A stretch of 64,000 nucleotides of DNA from Phoronis australis (Eukaryota > Animalia > Phoronida): the NCBI GenBank assembly GCA_002633005.1, contig NMRA01000537.1, positions 231,935 through 295,934 on the forward strand, written 5' to 3'. The first letter of the stretch is position 1, and each line of letters opens with the position of its first letter. Both the position numbers and the translations under genes were made by a program. The notes below the pieces were generated by a model. The model searched no databases and was not told where the DNA came from. It was given only the letters and a program-made list of their open reading frames with translations. Below are positions 36,801 through 49,700 of the stretch, one piece after another.

Positions 36801-39800
36801 ATGCGAAAATCTTTCCAATCAAACCTTGCTTGAATAAACACTCGTATTATTTCCCTGCCAACATTTTCGCATGTGAACAACGTTATAAAAAGGACCAAGT
36901 CTGAAATTCCAGCTTTCCAGTGAAAGCAGTGCGTCTGAAGTTAATTCAAGGTCAAAATGAACAAATGACCCAAGCTACCCAGTACTCAGGACAATTTTAA
37001 TGCCAGGCAACACTTAATAAAGACAGGTGGTAAAGTGCATGCCAAAACCCACCCAGTTAGGGTAATTCAGCACACAACCAGGCCTCAGCAATAGTACGTC
37101 TCTGGCATCTGGGCTGACGATGTTGGCCAATTGTAGTATGAAATATTTAGGTAATAAATTACACACAAATGGGGACTTTAGCACAATTGCCCTGCAGTCA
37201 TTCTCAACCATTTTAATTCAATTTAAAGTCCTTATGTCAAAGGGTTAATCTAGTTAAAAAACATCAAAATATATACTAAATTAAGACAGAAGTAACATGT
37301 AACATGATAAAACGTTTATCTCTTCTGTTATCAAAATAAAAGTCTTTTTGAGCACAATTTTGTACCTTGGCCGAGATCAGAAAATCATCGACTATTCCCA
37401 TCTCTTTATGTGACCGGAGTTCCTAGAGAATCAGTTAAGGAATGGTTCCTGAATGACGGCGATGTTGTCCTTGAAAATGTATTGATATCACCATGAGGGT
37501 CACAGCATTGTTATTTTGTTTGCTTTTGATTCTCATTTTGGTTCTTTTAAACAAATTTTAATTATTTATTGTCCAAATTTTATCTGTTCTATGAATACGA
37601 TGAGTGGTATTTAATGCAATCATAACTTTTGAATATGTCGCACCTCCCACAGCCAAAAACTACATGACTGGGACCGGGTGGCAGGTGCCCCAAATCATTG
37701 CGAGGTTATGTCAAATTTTAGTAACACCACCCGTTCTGGTATAAATTAGGAAAAACCTTTTCTAGATCTGCAAATGTCTTCTTTATTGCCACATCGTGAA
37801 ACTGATGCAAACTACCAACAATTGCCAAGTAACCACTGACAGCCAAGACGGCTACTGCGCATTTCGTAAATTGGCAACAAATCGACACCGGCTTTACTGG
37901 CCGTTAAAGAAGTAAAGTGGAAAAAACATCCGCACATAGCGATGTTTGGACAAACAAAAACATTTTTACCTAAAAATAACGCGTTCCTCACCTGAATTGC
38001 AATAGCGCGCACCTGTGCGTAATTATTGCTGTCCGGACACGGGCGCGGAAGTCTCCACGACAGTTGCAATGTCACTTTTCCGGTAAAATAATCACTTGCT
38101 AAATTGAGTTCAATTTTCTATCATTAGACAAAACATATTTTAACATGACAAAAATTTACAATCGATACCTCCGTTGTCTAAAAATAATAAATTCCGCGGT
38201 TGAAAGCGCGAACGGGGTGATCGTAGCGAACTGTACTCCAAGAGTTGAACGTTGGCAATGGGAAAATACTTTAGTGTTATGAGCATGACACAGTATCTTT
38301 TAATCTCGTGGTCACAGAATTTCAGCTACGACAAGGCTCACGGAGCTAATTAATGTGTTCCTCCTGACCTGTGGAGCACTGAATGAAAATTCTTCCCTTT
38401 ACTTTAAACTCATACTAATATTACACTATTTGGCAACAACAACATGCCAAGTTTTCTTTCTCAACTTATTCCGCCACCAGTATTCTACATGAAATGGACC
38501 GTCGCTCATTGTTGGCCTTCCGTCGCCTAACAAAATTGCTAGAGACCACACGTATCTTTCGTTTTTCCCTGTCTAAATTACTAATTTTCTCACGTTATTC
38601 TAACGATATAGCAATTTTACATAATTATTGTGATATTGCATTATTGATGCTAGGTTTATATTCTTTACCCAAGTTAATTACTTCTTAAAAAACACTCTAG
38701 AGGGCGTTGTTATTCAATGAAACGCACTTCCAACTTAGCGGCAAAGGCACAGAATCACTCGGCTCCAGTGTGTGACAAGTGAGGATTTATATGAATTTTG
38801 CACCTACGTGCCACGACAGGACTAACTTGACGCCTTCGTTTTAACACGTTCCAAGCATCTAAAGGGTTAAAAACGTGTGCTACTAGGCCTTTATACATAA
38901 TTAATTAATTTAAAAAACATCACTATGAAAACATCAGAGCGGAATCAACAAACTCTCAACATGTTATTCATTATAAACAAAAGCTAAACCATCTGAGCCT
39001 CCAAAAATGGCATTGGCTAAGGCCACAAGATGACTTTTTATGAACCCAACTTCTCACCAGTGGCCATACTAATGACTACAGGTCAAGGGCAGCTGTTACT
39101 GGAATTTGTCACAACTGAAAACACCTGTTATCATAAATATCTACTGCTTTGCTAATCATTCCTCTTGAGTTATCATTATTTATTAATAATCTGGGCAGTA
39201 TCTTCCAGAGGGCCCAGGCAGAATTATAACAAAAAAACAATATCCAAATATCACTATATAGACAGCAATAAAAAACAACAATAAGTAGTTATACAAAATT
39301 GGAAAAATAAGAGAATTAAACTAAAATTTAGAAACAAAAGAACATACCTGAATTATCCAAAAACATAATTCCTACTTCAGCGGAGCTGACATTGCTGAAT
39401 GTTTTCATATCAGTTGTACCCCTGTACCATAAACGTACATGGCGTACTCTTTTAATGACTCAAGTTTTCAGAACAAACAAGTCAAAATGTCAAACAACAG
39501 ACAACTGAACTCTTTCCATGCCATGAAATATTCTGTAGAGTACAGCATTGTTAAATAAATGACAAGACTAAATGTCCCAGAATTCCCCAGTCATCATGGC
39601 CGGACGTAGGTCAATTTTATTGGCAGAGTAGTCTTTTCTCATCACCAAGAATGAAAGGGAACAGCAAAATTAGTGACGTGGCTAAGCCACGCTATAAATA
39701 AAATGTGGACGTCCAAACAGTTATATAACCAGAAGTATTTGCTGTTAAAAGAATTAGCTGTGTTATTATGGAGAAAACGGTACAGTATTTTGCCTGGTTA

Positions 39801-42800
39801 CCTTGTCTTGTACTGTTGAGTACAATAACAGCACATACCACAATACCTGAAACCACCAAACTTCACTAGAGACGACTCGAAAACTGACCAATCGCGTGGT
39901 ACGCTTCAAACACACGGTCAAGTTTCATGCAATGTGACTGGTCACTCAAGAAGTTTTGATTAGAACTTGCTGTTCTTGTGGCAGGATAATAGCAAATTTA
40001 ATTTCACTCTCTTATACCAATGAGTAGCATCAATGTTACATAGAACACTAGAAAAATGTTTGGCTAACTTTGGAACATCAAATCTCAGAAATGGCTGATC
40101 GGATTCATATGAAGCTTTTTGACACTATGCTCTTTGAGCTGTTCAGAAAATTGTTTGGAATTGTTTATAAAGTGTTCCCCTTATGCTCGAGGGGCTATCA
40201 AAAAAGGTTTTTAAAATTTTTATGAGACAAACTTAAAAGTTGTAAATAAAAGTAAAACAAAATGATATTTCAGAAAACTGTATCAACATTTTTGAGATTT
40301 CATCTTGAACATTTATTGCAACCAAAATTTGGTCGTGTTATTAATCCTTTATTCCATCTTTTTTGCTTAATTTAAAGTAAAATTTATTACACAGTCACAT
40401 GACCCAATAAATGGCAAATAGATAAAAAATCAAAACCAAATTCTACAGAATTTCAACTTTCAGAAAATATATACTTTCACCGAGTTAAATTTTACGACTG
40501 CAGATATTTGCCCACAAGGTCGTGTGTAACCTTAAGAGTCCAACCAGCCCTGGTGAGGCTTTTCAAATATGTTTCCATACTATGACTCAATGTCAGGAAA
40601 CCACCAACAGAGTATCATATGCTGGCTAGACAAACAGGAATGCTTTCAACACAACAGATTAGTGTGATCTGGTGGTAAAGACAGTTGGCCTTAGGCCAGA
40701 GAATTGAAGAACACAGCTAAATCCATATAACAAGCACCCACCCCTGCAACTCATAATAACATAATATGTACTCAGACAGGTCAACACTGATCCTCAGCTG
40801 GTAATAATTTTCATGGACTGGCCACATTTTGTCCACCTTTTGAAGGTAACGCATGTTTTCTTATTTGTAAACAATTGCCCAATTCATTTATTAGTTTTTA
40901 GATTTTAACACACATATCCATGGTTTCCTAAAAATACAGGCTACAACTGTTAGTTCATGGTACTACTGTATGGTTAAAAAATTCAGTTTGGATTACAATA
41001 CGGTGGACAGGTGGAATTTCATTTAGTCAAATTTGTCAACAAAAATAACTTTCCTAGAAAATTTGCTTTGCTTTTAGCATGGTTTGTATGGCATAGCTAT
41101 TTCCAAGCAACATTTTGTAAAATTTTGAGCATTTACAACAATATGACAAGCCTGTAGAAAAACAGAAATAAGGTAAATATTGCAATTTTTTTACCCAAAT
41201 TAAAGAACTTTTACCATAACCACAAAATAAAATCTCAAAAATGCTCAATTATAAATTTCTAAAATGTCGTTTTGTTTTCATTTTCTGAGCTTTTGTTTTT
41301 TTTCATATCATACACGTCTTATTTTTGAAAGCCCCCTATGTACAACTGCGACTTATCAAAAACAACTCCAAACAACTGTTTGGAGAACCGTGCATAAAGC
41401 ATAGTGTATAAAAGATTTATATGAATCCGATCAGACAATTCTGAAATTTGACATTCCAAAGTTAGCCAAATTTGGACATTTTTCTTGAGTCCTACATCAC
41501 CTTAAGACAACAACACAACAGGAGTACGGGGGCGGGGGGGGCATATCAGCAACACAACAGGTAGAGAATTATCCAATGCCTGAGGTGCACTCTCGAACTA
41601 CATTAGGCAACCTGTCACTGCCAGTCTACCACAGAAGCAACGCTACTCCCAACCACACGAAGTACACACTTAAGCCGCAAATTTAGTACAAGTACAAGTC
41701 ATTTTTAAAAATGAAACTAATAAAAGCGCTTAGCTTCTTAGATTTTTTGCGAGTTCAAGACATATTTTGCAAAGAATACCGGCCCTGCTTTTTTATAATC
41801 GTAATTGTTTACTGCCAACTATAAGGCTGTGACATAGGCCGACAGTAAACTGACATATTTCAAAGTTTGACCAACTAGAGCACCTCATGCAGCCAACTAC
41901 AGCATTCCAAGTGGTGACACCTAGAATTGGCTTTGCAAAATCAAGTACCACGATGGAAAATCCAACATGACTAGACAGAAGTTTGTACATTTGTGCTAGT
42001 AGACTAACTGTATTCAAAGTCACAGTGTTTGTAAATTATTACAGTTTTTATATTTTAGTGTGGTTTATTTGATTCTTTTAACAAATTTCTTAAATAAGTT
42101 AATAAGTAGAGAACAATTACTACCGGACTCCTATCCCGTCTGTCCTACCCCTTCTGGGTGCAGTTGCAGATAAGTTAACCCTCTCTAAGTTTTTGTTTGA
42201 CCACAAGGGCGAATGAAGGACTATTCAGAAAAACGTTGATTGCAAGAGTATTAATTAATGCTAGAAAGATTTAAACTCCACCTCTCTCCAAAGGTGTCCG
42301 TCTACACTTGAATGGGACACATAGTAATGAGACTTTGATAGTTTAGTCAGGTTTAAGCATAATTTGTAGAAAATCCTACGTTGTACAGGATGGATTAGGA
42401 TATGACGTGTGCCAGCGCCACCCAGAACCCGACAACTAGTACTAGCCTACATTCCGATGATTATATCAACTAAAACTTCATTACAGATTCACAATTTGGG
42501 ACTCATTGAATAGCGGGCATCAAACTGGTTCTCAATATCCAGGGTCCCTGTAATGGACCACAACACCCTACAATTCAATATTTGAATAACAGAATCATAG
42601 GTGGATTTAGGGGGGGGCTGCCGCAACGAAAATGAAACAGCAACAGCATGAAGCGCCAGGAAATATTGAATTATTGAGTTCAGTAACTAGAACCGGTAGC
42701 GGATGAGGGGGGGGGCTCAGATCCCAGCGGAATCGTGTCCCCGTCTTTTTTTTTTTAGTCTATTGATAAATTTTCTTAACAGCAGGTCCACATCCCATCC

Positions 42801-43267
42801 ACACCACTTTCAGGCTGTCTGTGCAAATGCAATTGCGCTTTGCCCAATTCCTCGAGGCAACATGGTGGGTATGGTATCCTAGTCTAGATCCGCCACTGTG
42901 AATAGTAGCGTTGTCTCTGTAACCACTAACTTAATCTGATAACAGTAGGCTTGAAATTTAAATATACAAAACAACTGCCAGCTACTGTATAATATAAAAT
43001 TACTCACCAAAGCGATATTCTGTTTTTGGGGTAGTCTAGATTTTCGAGGGAACCGAAAAACCACGGTAACGTGTGAGCCTTGTTCCGAGTTAGAATCGCG
43101 ATTACTACGGTTGGGTGTTGGAAATTTGGCTCGTTCTCGCTGTCAACAGGTAGAAGCTCTGAGTGAATATACACAGTCTGAGATAAAAATATAAATATAA
43201 ATAAATAAGATAAATATAACGCCGTTTTCAGACAACTCCAACAAGGCACCTTTCGCTTCGTGGACAT
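18848..43267 (-). CDS. COLGALT: Procollagen galactosyltransferase (COLGALT/GLT25D family, GT25), complete, about 633 aa
   Basis: 13 phase-consistent exons in transcript order: 43267-43008, 31509-31355, 30421-30300, 29571-29507, 26712-26441, 25173-25054, 24470-24388, 23885-23779, 21770-21696, 21078-21018, 20616-20489, 19567-19364, 19097-18848 (1902 nt total). Signal/TM N-terminus, ILTRNKAHTLPWFFGSLENLDYPKNRISLWIRSDHN, DVD (DxD), YSNFWCGM, VPMVHSTFLIDL, VYMINLVRRPERR, GEIGCFLSH, LFEDDVRF, YSYWTLSY, PVDEYLPIM, C-terminal HDEL ER-retention signal. Confidence 0.96.
22040..22345. repeat. Two degenerate tandem units of about 160 bp containing GAT/GAC/GGT triplet runs
   Basis: Each unit starts ACTTGGCGAAATTA and ends ...TAAGAAA.AGGCTACAG; lies in a COLGALT intron. 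Confidence 0.75.
22377..23226. mobile_element. Helentron/Helitron-like non-autonomous element
   Basis: Starts CAAGAGC; has internal repeated blocks (AAATAACTCGAAAA); ends with a perfect 13-bp hairpin TACTTGGCGAAAT-TT-ATTTCGCCAAGTA (23195-23222). Confidence 0.5.
25659..26210. mobile_element. Degenerate Harbinger-like MITE
   Basis: GGTGCTTTCCCAT...ATGGGAAAGAGAGG ends, with repeated internal CGAAGCTTCG/CGAAACTTCG palindromes. Confidence 0.5.
29782..29835. repeat. (GT)n/(GCGT)n microsatellite
   Basis: Directly visible. Confidence 0.9.
30567..31076 (-). mobile_element. 510-bp hAT-like MITE with exact 6-bp TSD
   Basis: CAGGGCTTTGAAT...ATTCCAAGCCCTG flanked by ATTATC/ATTATC; inverted homologue of 50520-52087 without the nested insert. 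Confidence 0.85.
33666..34043. mobile_element. Second copy of the long-TIR MITE seen at 10288-10710
   Basis: Same TIRs and interior. Confidence 0.8.
35534..36471. repeat. Direct duplication of about 450-485 bp (35534-36018 and 36020-36471) across a single-N join; probably two haplotypes
   Basis: The copies abut N36019 and differ by several SNPs and one internal micro-duplication. Confidence 0.85.
40030..41505. mobile_element. Two related TTAA-flanked elements (about 40030-40535 and 40841-41505)
   Basis: Both end ACCTTAA; 40055-40135 is the reverse complement of about 41395-41475. Confidence 0.55.
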
Positions 43268-43739
43268 TTTCAGGATGTGTGTACGACGGCAGTGACACCT
43301 TCACTCTGCGTCAAAAAAAAACGTGCGCAATATCGGCTAGTTGAAAATTTTTCCAACAGATCCTGGTTATATTGGCTTTGTGTGACACTATGGAGTACGT
43401 TGTAGCTTTTTTCCAATTTGTTTCCATAAATTTTAATATTTTATAAGCCCTTATCTAGCTTTTAATTGTCTTCGCACACAATATGGAAAAGTCCATAGTG
43501 TTTGGGTAAAGGTTAAGCAAGTATGTTTGTCAAATGTTTATTTTACACGACAGTTTCATAAACTGGAACGGGACTTCGTTTCCACAGAAAAAATATTCAT
43601 GAAAAACAATCAAACATTTACGGTAGACATTTTGTATGAATAAGGAATCAAGTTGAGTAAAATTGAAATTTAAAGTAGGCTGTCTCGCTAGTCCCCTTTC
43701 AGGTGAACCATACACCCCTTCAAAGTAGGTCAGGCGAAA
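43268..43739. promoter_or_regulatory. Putative bidirectional promoter between head-to-head COLGALT and ABHD16A
   Basis: The divergent ATGs at 43267 (-) and 43740 (+) are 472 bp apart. ATTGG (reverse CCAAT) lies at about 43371, and the ABHD16A start context is AAAATGGCG (YY1-like). Confidence 0.65.
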
Positions 43740-46700
43740 ATGGCGACTTTCTTGAAATGTATTTTTGGACCCCGGCTTTTTCGTCTGCATAAAACCTCAC
43801 AAAGACAGGTATACTGATATGGTTCCGTTGGCATAACTTACTTACTGTGCTACTAGATTGTGTCCAGAAATTATTGGGTCTCCGACCAGTTCTGGTAATC
43901 CTGCAATTTAGTTGTCTAAAAAATTTTCGGATGTCAATCAGCCAGGACTGGCAGGAATCAGGTAGCCAGCCAGCTAGCTGTATGAAGACTATCGTCAAAA
44001 TACAGCTAGGTACCACTGTGTGTTAATCTTCCATAGACCTCGAAACTGCACGCAGCCAGGGTAGTTCTGCTCGTCGCCTCGCATGAAACTTGTATCAACA
44101 TGCAAAGCTGAAGTGACTAAAGACCGGACATGCAAAATCTGGGAATCAACTGACCTTGCCCGTTACAGCCATTTAAGTGAAAAACAATGCAACAAACATC
44201 TGTTTCTTGCGTAACTCTGCAACTTTTGTAACAATGTAAAGTATGTCGTCGTTTTGAAAACAGTACGCTCGTGTCACGCGCACGCGCCACTTACTAAGAT
44301 TTTGCATCATTCGCAGCAGCAGAAAATTTGTTGTGACATTCGGTTTGGTGGTATTAAAATACTGAAAATTTGTAACAAAGTAAAACCAGTTCCAACCTCG
44401 TGGAAGATGAACAGTTGAATGAAGAATCGGAGAAACAAGAAACTGGCCAATAGGTGACGCAATATTTCATGGCACCGAAAGCCAACGCAAAAGATTGCTC
44501 CATAACTTTAGGTGCAAAATAACAGTAGAATGCCAATTTTTCCACTACCGGTAAATAGTTTAGTTTACTCAAGGATGGGTGTAGATTTTAACGACACTAA
44601 TTTTGTGTCAGATTTTATTTGGTGAGTTTTATTACCCACGGTGCAAAGCTGTATATTTAATATACAGCTTTGTACCAAGGCTAAGGGCCAGGGCACTTGG
44701 GTGACAAGACAACGGTAAACCACTGACACTGTGAATCACTTTATGTTTGTTTATCACTAGCATCCAATAAATAATGGAGTTATTTTTTACAATCCGGCTT
44801 GATAAACTTACTTGATGTCACTATTTTCTGAATCCTCGAGGTGATTCCAGAAATGTATTACTTGTTTTCAATGGTCTCTTTTTTATTCTTGACTAACAGT
44901 AGAGACGGTGAAGCTCGGAAACTTTTCGGCAAATTACACCTCACTCTGGTTAAAACATCAATTTCCTCTTGTGCCCATAGACTGACACCTTAGGAGATCG
45001 TTGATATCTTTAATTCCTTCCAACTCAAACAAATATTCCCGTAATCAAACTTTTTTCTCAAGCATTCCTTTGTTCAGTTGTCCAAATCGGCAAATGGCCA
45101 TTTTTATCTCTGTATGCACCAGGAAATATGACGTGATATCTCCTGGCTTCACTGCAGCCATTCGAGAAGGTGTCACTGCATATTCTTACTCGTGCATTCA
45201 GTGTTTTTTACGAGGCCTTAATTTGCTAGTAAGCCAATCTCAGGCGGCTGTAATTTTAGAAGTCCGACACCTCTCTGCAGGAGTGATAACTTCAACGATC
45301 ACGGTGTTGGACGACCCAAATATTGACAAGAATTGAATCAAATAATCGGAATTTCTCCTGAAAAGAGTCAAATTCGTAAAATGTGTATCGCTCCACCTCT
45401 AGTAATCACAATTGCATTGTGGGTCTGTTAATCAAGACAATGTTCACGGATAATTGTTTCCTGATTTTCATTTTGTCAGTTACAAAGTGAAACATCTTAG
45501 CGCAAATGAAATTGGAACATTTACGCTTTGTGCGATGGGAAAGTTAAAAAAAAATGCAAATTTGTATATCACTCTGCCCGTATAAATAATCATAATAGAT
45601 CTTAATGTGCTTTCATTTTCTTTTCAGGGTCGAATATATGAGCAGAATGGATTAGAAAGTGGTTGTGAGAACCTTCTAACTGCTGTGAGAATCTTGTTAT
45701 TTCACTTTTTGATTTCAATACAAACTGCAGTGTTTTGAAGTGTATTGATCACAAGGGATTTTCTTATGGAAGTCAGTAAATTACTTTAGATGGTTATATA
45801 TAACTTTCCGTTCTGTGGATAAAACAATTGTAAATTAATATCATGTTAATGGATATTTCTACCAACAATTGGTGGATCGATGTGCAACAGATGGCGCTAA
45901 TGAATAAAGGCACATCTTTGACATCTGAATAGATTGAAAGCAGAAAGCAGTTCCACTGGGTGAGGCGTTCCGTGATAGGGAACCCATGTGGTTTACTTGT
46001 TTGCTGCCGTTCCTACGAGAAGGTCCCTTCACTTATGACACCTAGTCAGTTTCTAGTTCTCCGTTAGATGTTTTTAAGTATTTTGGAGAAACTTGGAAGT
46101 TCAGTTTAGTAAAAAGATGTCACACTGGTCAATGTTTTTGCCTGCTGTTTTAGTGTTTCTATAATTTTCTTTTTTAGTTTAATATTCAATCTTTTTATTC
46201 CTATTGGTCTATTTCAGCTGAAGGTTTGCAAAGGTGTCTGTTATTGGACATCACCTTTTGTCTTGATTGTGCTGTGGCGCAGAGGTGAGTTCGATTACTA
46301 TCTTCTGATTCGCCTCTTCTTATGCAAATGTGGTGTTTTGCATTGATGATGATGTGACTTAAAACTTGGGATATTGGGGTGTAGTTCTATATATCGACCG
46401 CATCGTGAACATTCAGTTTCCTCGCACTTGTTTCTTACAGGAAGTTGAAAACAAAATCAATACTGGCAGTGGCAGATCTACGATTTCAGTAAGGGGGGTT
46501 TAGGATTCGAGAGGAGAAGGAAGGTCGCGAGAGGGTTTCCCTCCTCCCGTGTAAGATTTTTTAGGATTTTTAATAGCTTATTTCATTTTTCTGGCGATTT
46601 TTTTTTCCAGTTTTTATTTTTGATCCTGTCCCGAGGGGGGGTTTAAACCCCCTGAACCTCCCCTGTAGATCAGCCTCTGACTGGAATGCAGCTGAAGCTC

Positions 46701-49700
46701 TCATTACACTGGAGTGAAAAGCAGCATCTTACAGGACCCTTATCAATTTTCTATTTGTACGCTACCATTTCCAAAAATTTGCCATGATTTAGCACCCCAG
46801 TTAGTGCCATTTTACAAAATAAATGCCCTGGTACCTGATGTGAGGAAAATTACTAAGACTTACCACTATTTCATTATATTCCACACACTGCTCTGCAAAA
46901 CCCAGTGTGGCCACTGAGATGTTGTTATGACTGGCACCAGTTGTTCTTTGATACTGTTTTTCAGGATGGTTCACTGTTGAGGGTGTCAACTCTGCCTACA
47001 GGCTTGGAGCTACCGCAGGGTTGATGCTGTTTGTTGGTGTCTTTTTCAGAGGTACTTTGTTACGATAAATATTCTCCAATTTAGGACAGTGAAAATGCAG
47101 TGAAAATTGCTCAAGGTCGGAGCTTGTCCCAAATTCTAGAAATAGGCAATATTGGCCGTCCCAAATTCAAGAATGGCAGGAAATGCAACAAAAATGCCCA
47201 CTCTGTAGATTGAAAACACGTCCGAAATTTGTGAAATGTGGTGAGCACCAAAACTGCCCTTGTCCCAAATTCCAAAATCAAGAAAATTCAAGTTTTGCTG
47301 AAGTTTCCACGTCCCAAATTCTATGAGACTTTCTTAAGTTAGAGAACGTTTACAGTACTCTTTCATAGCATACTATTTCGTTAATTGCTGGGTTGTAAAA
47401 CTCTTGAACCCTGATGTAGCCCCAAGTGGGGCACAAGAGGGACATGACTCCCTGTTTATTGCCAAAGTCCTCCCCGATTTTAACTCACTTATGCCCAGCC
47501 ATCAATTTCACATTTGTCCTCACCTCCTGCCGGAATACTTCTGGGGTGATGAATCTTGTTTTAAATGTTCAGCATCCAGTTGACTAGCCATTAAGATTGA
47601 TATTTTTGACAATTTAATAAGACTAGCTTGCGTGTTAAGTGTGTGGTACCAGGTAATACTTCCAGTGTTCCGTTATAGCCTTCGGCCGTTACTTCAATGG
47701 GGATTACATCGAATTCCTGTCAGTGCTCAGGACTGCCAACAGTGGGGGACTGGTGAACTACGACTTCGATTTTCGCTATTGGCCTGTCAACTACAGGGTT
47801 TCTGATGCTAGTGTAGGGTAGGTGCGCATTTTAGCTTTCTCGTATGTTGTTTTAGTTCACTGTGAGTTGGCATGGTTGTCCCTTTTGAGATATGCACTGT
47901 GTTTACAGCAGGCTTCTTGAACCTCGCTGTTCCTTACACTTTGAGTTATTTGGTAACAGTCACTTACAGGTATCCCAAATTTTGAGAAGCAGTTTTCTCC
48001 CCTGTATAATGTGGTTGTGTAATAGCTACACCATGCTATAAGCAAAGAAAATTTTCCTGAAAAACTATTTTCATTGAAAATTTGACAGAAAGAAAAATCA
48101 CTCGTCCACCATAGTGTGTCCCAAACAGAAGAATTTTTTCCTTTTACGTTTTCAGGTATACTATTAATAAGTTTAGACTGATTTTTAGACTGATTTTCTC
48201 CTGTCTTTTGTGACCAACCTTCTTATGTCCATCTCTGAACACAGGGACGGGAGCAAACCTCGAGTGAAAGTACAGGTACCTCACAAGGACAGGTCACGAC
48301 CTCTCTTGGACAAGTTCAAAACTGTCCCATGCTATATTCTCAGGTATGTAGTCCTAATAACACCAATGGGAATCATTCAGCAGCCACTCTTAACTTAGTG
48401 TGTTTGTGTATTTTTTGTAATTATTGACCTCATTTATTTTTAATTGCATTTAGTATTAATTGTGTTAGCTCTGAAAGTTTGTGTAATAAATTGTATTTGT
48501 ATGTTTGGAAGGGCATGCGTATTGATTTATGTTCAGTGATCGCTGCCATGTGAAACCATTTTTAAAGCGTTCTTGGTCAATATGACACACTTGGCTTAAT
48601 GTAAGCTAAAACGTGATTTAGATAAAAGAATGTAAATAGTGAACACACTTCAAAAAGGTTAATGATGTCGAATTGACCCTAACGCTTGTAAGCATCGAAA
48701 GATTTAATTTTCTTTTTAGTCCGTAATGAAGCATTTTCTTTATTTATCTTCTCCACTGTTTTTGCCGTTGCCATGGAGTCTTATTTTTCTTTTCAAATCT
48801 AAGTGCTAGGCAGGAAGTGATGTCAGTGGGGTATACGTTCACTCTCACATTGTTACAGCTACCTCGCAGCCAACACATTCGGTAGACGCATGTTGTACCC
48901 TGGTAGTACCAGTCTGCTTAATGCTATGTTGCGTAAGTAATGGGTATTGCAGCGTGTTGTGAAATCAACGTGAAACTGCACTTCTGTGTTATTATATATT
49001 CTGATAACGTCATTGGAATTTGTAAATCTTTTTCTTCTCAACAGCAACGAGAGTTCTGTGTATTGAATAAATTAATTTTCAGCAGCATTGTTGCTATTTG
49101 TTCTAATCAATAAAATTTCAGTCAAAATATTTGGCTGTTTTAGACAGTTTTGTAGCAATTCGTCAGTTTGGGACACTACTTATTCATCAAATTAAAAAGT
49201 AATTTTTTCAGCATGTGGCATAGCCATTACCAAACAACTTTTGGTAAAATTGTGAGCATTTACAACCATGTGGTAGACATCTGTGAAACAGAAAATGGAA
49301 ATTTTAGCAACCATTTTTTCCAAAATTGAAGAATTTTTACCATACTAAAACTTCTTAGGAGGTTCAACCTCCCGTTGTCGCTAAGACAATCAATCTGGTA
49401 TTCATTTCTTAGTTGAGCCACTAGGTGGATCCCCTGGTTAGAGGTAGGTGGTCCGTCCCACATCCGTCTATTAACCCGCCCAAACCATTACTCACACTTA
49501 TTTGCCAGACATAAAGAATTTTTAAACATCGCGTACGGGGCATTATTTGCTGTAAGCGATTCTGAATTAGTTGTGGTTACCGTGTGAACAGGCCGTGGTT
49601 AAATCGTAACTATGTTGAACGTAATATGGTGCACAAATGAAATTCTATTTTCTCATTTTTTCGTAAAGAGCAGGTAGCGCTAAAGAAAATGCTTTACCAT

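Noticed and set aside
31510-43007. Nested gene in the 11.5-kb first intron of COLGALT
   Set aside because: I found no run of exons with recognisable protein similarity, only repeats and short random ORFs. A small or non-coding nested gene cannot be excluded by eye.
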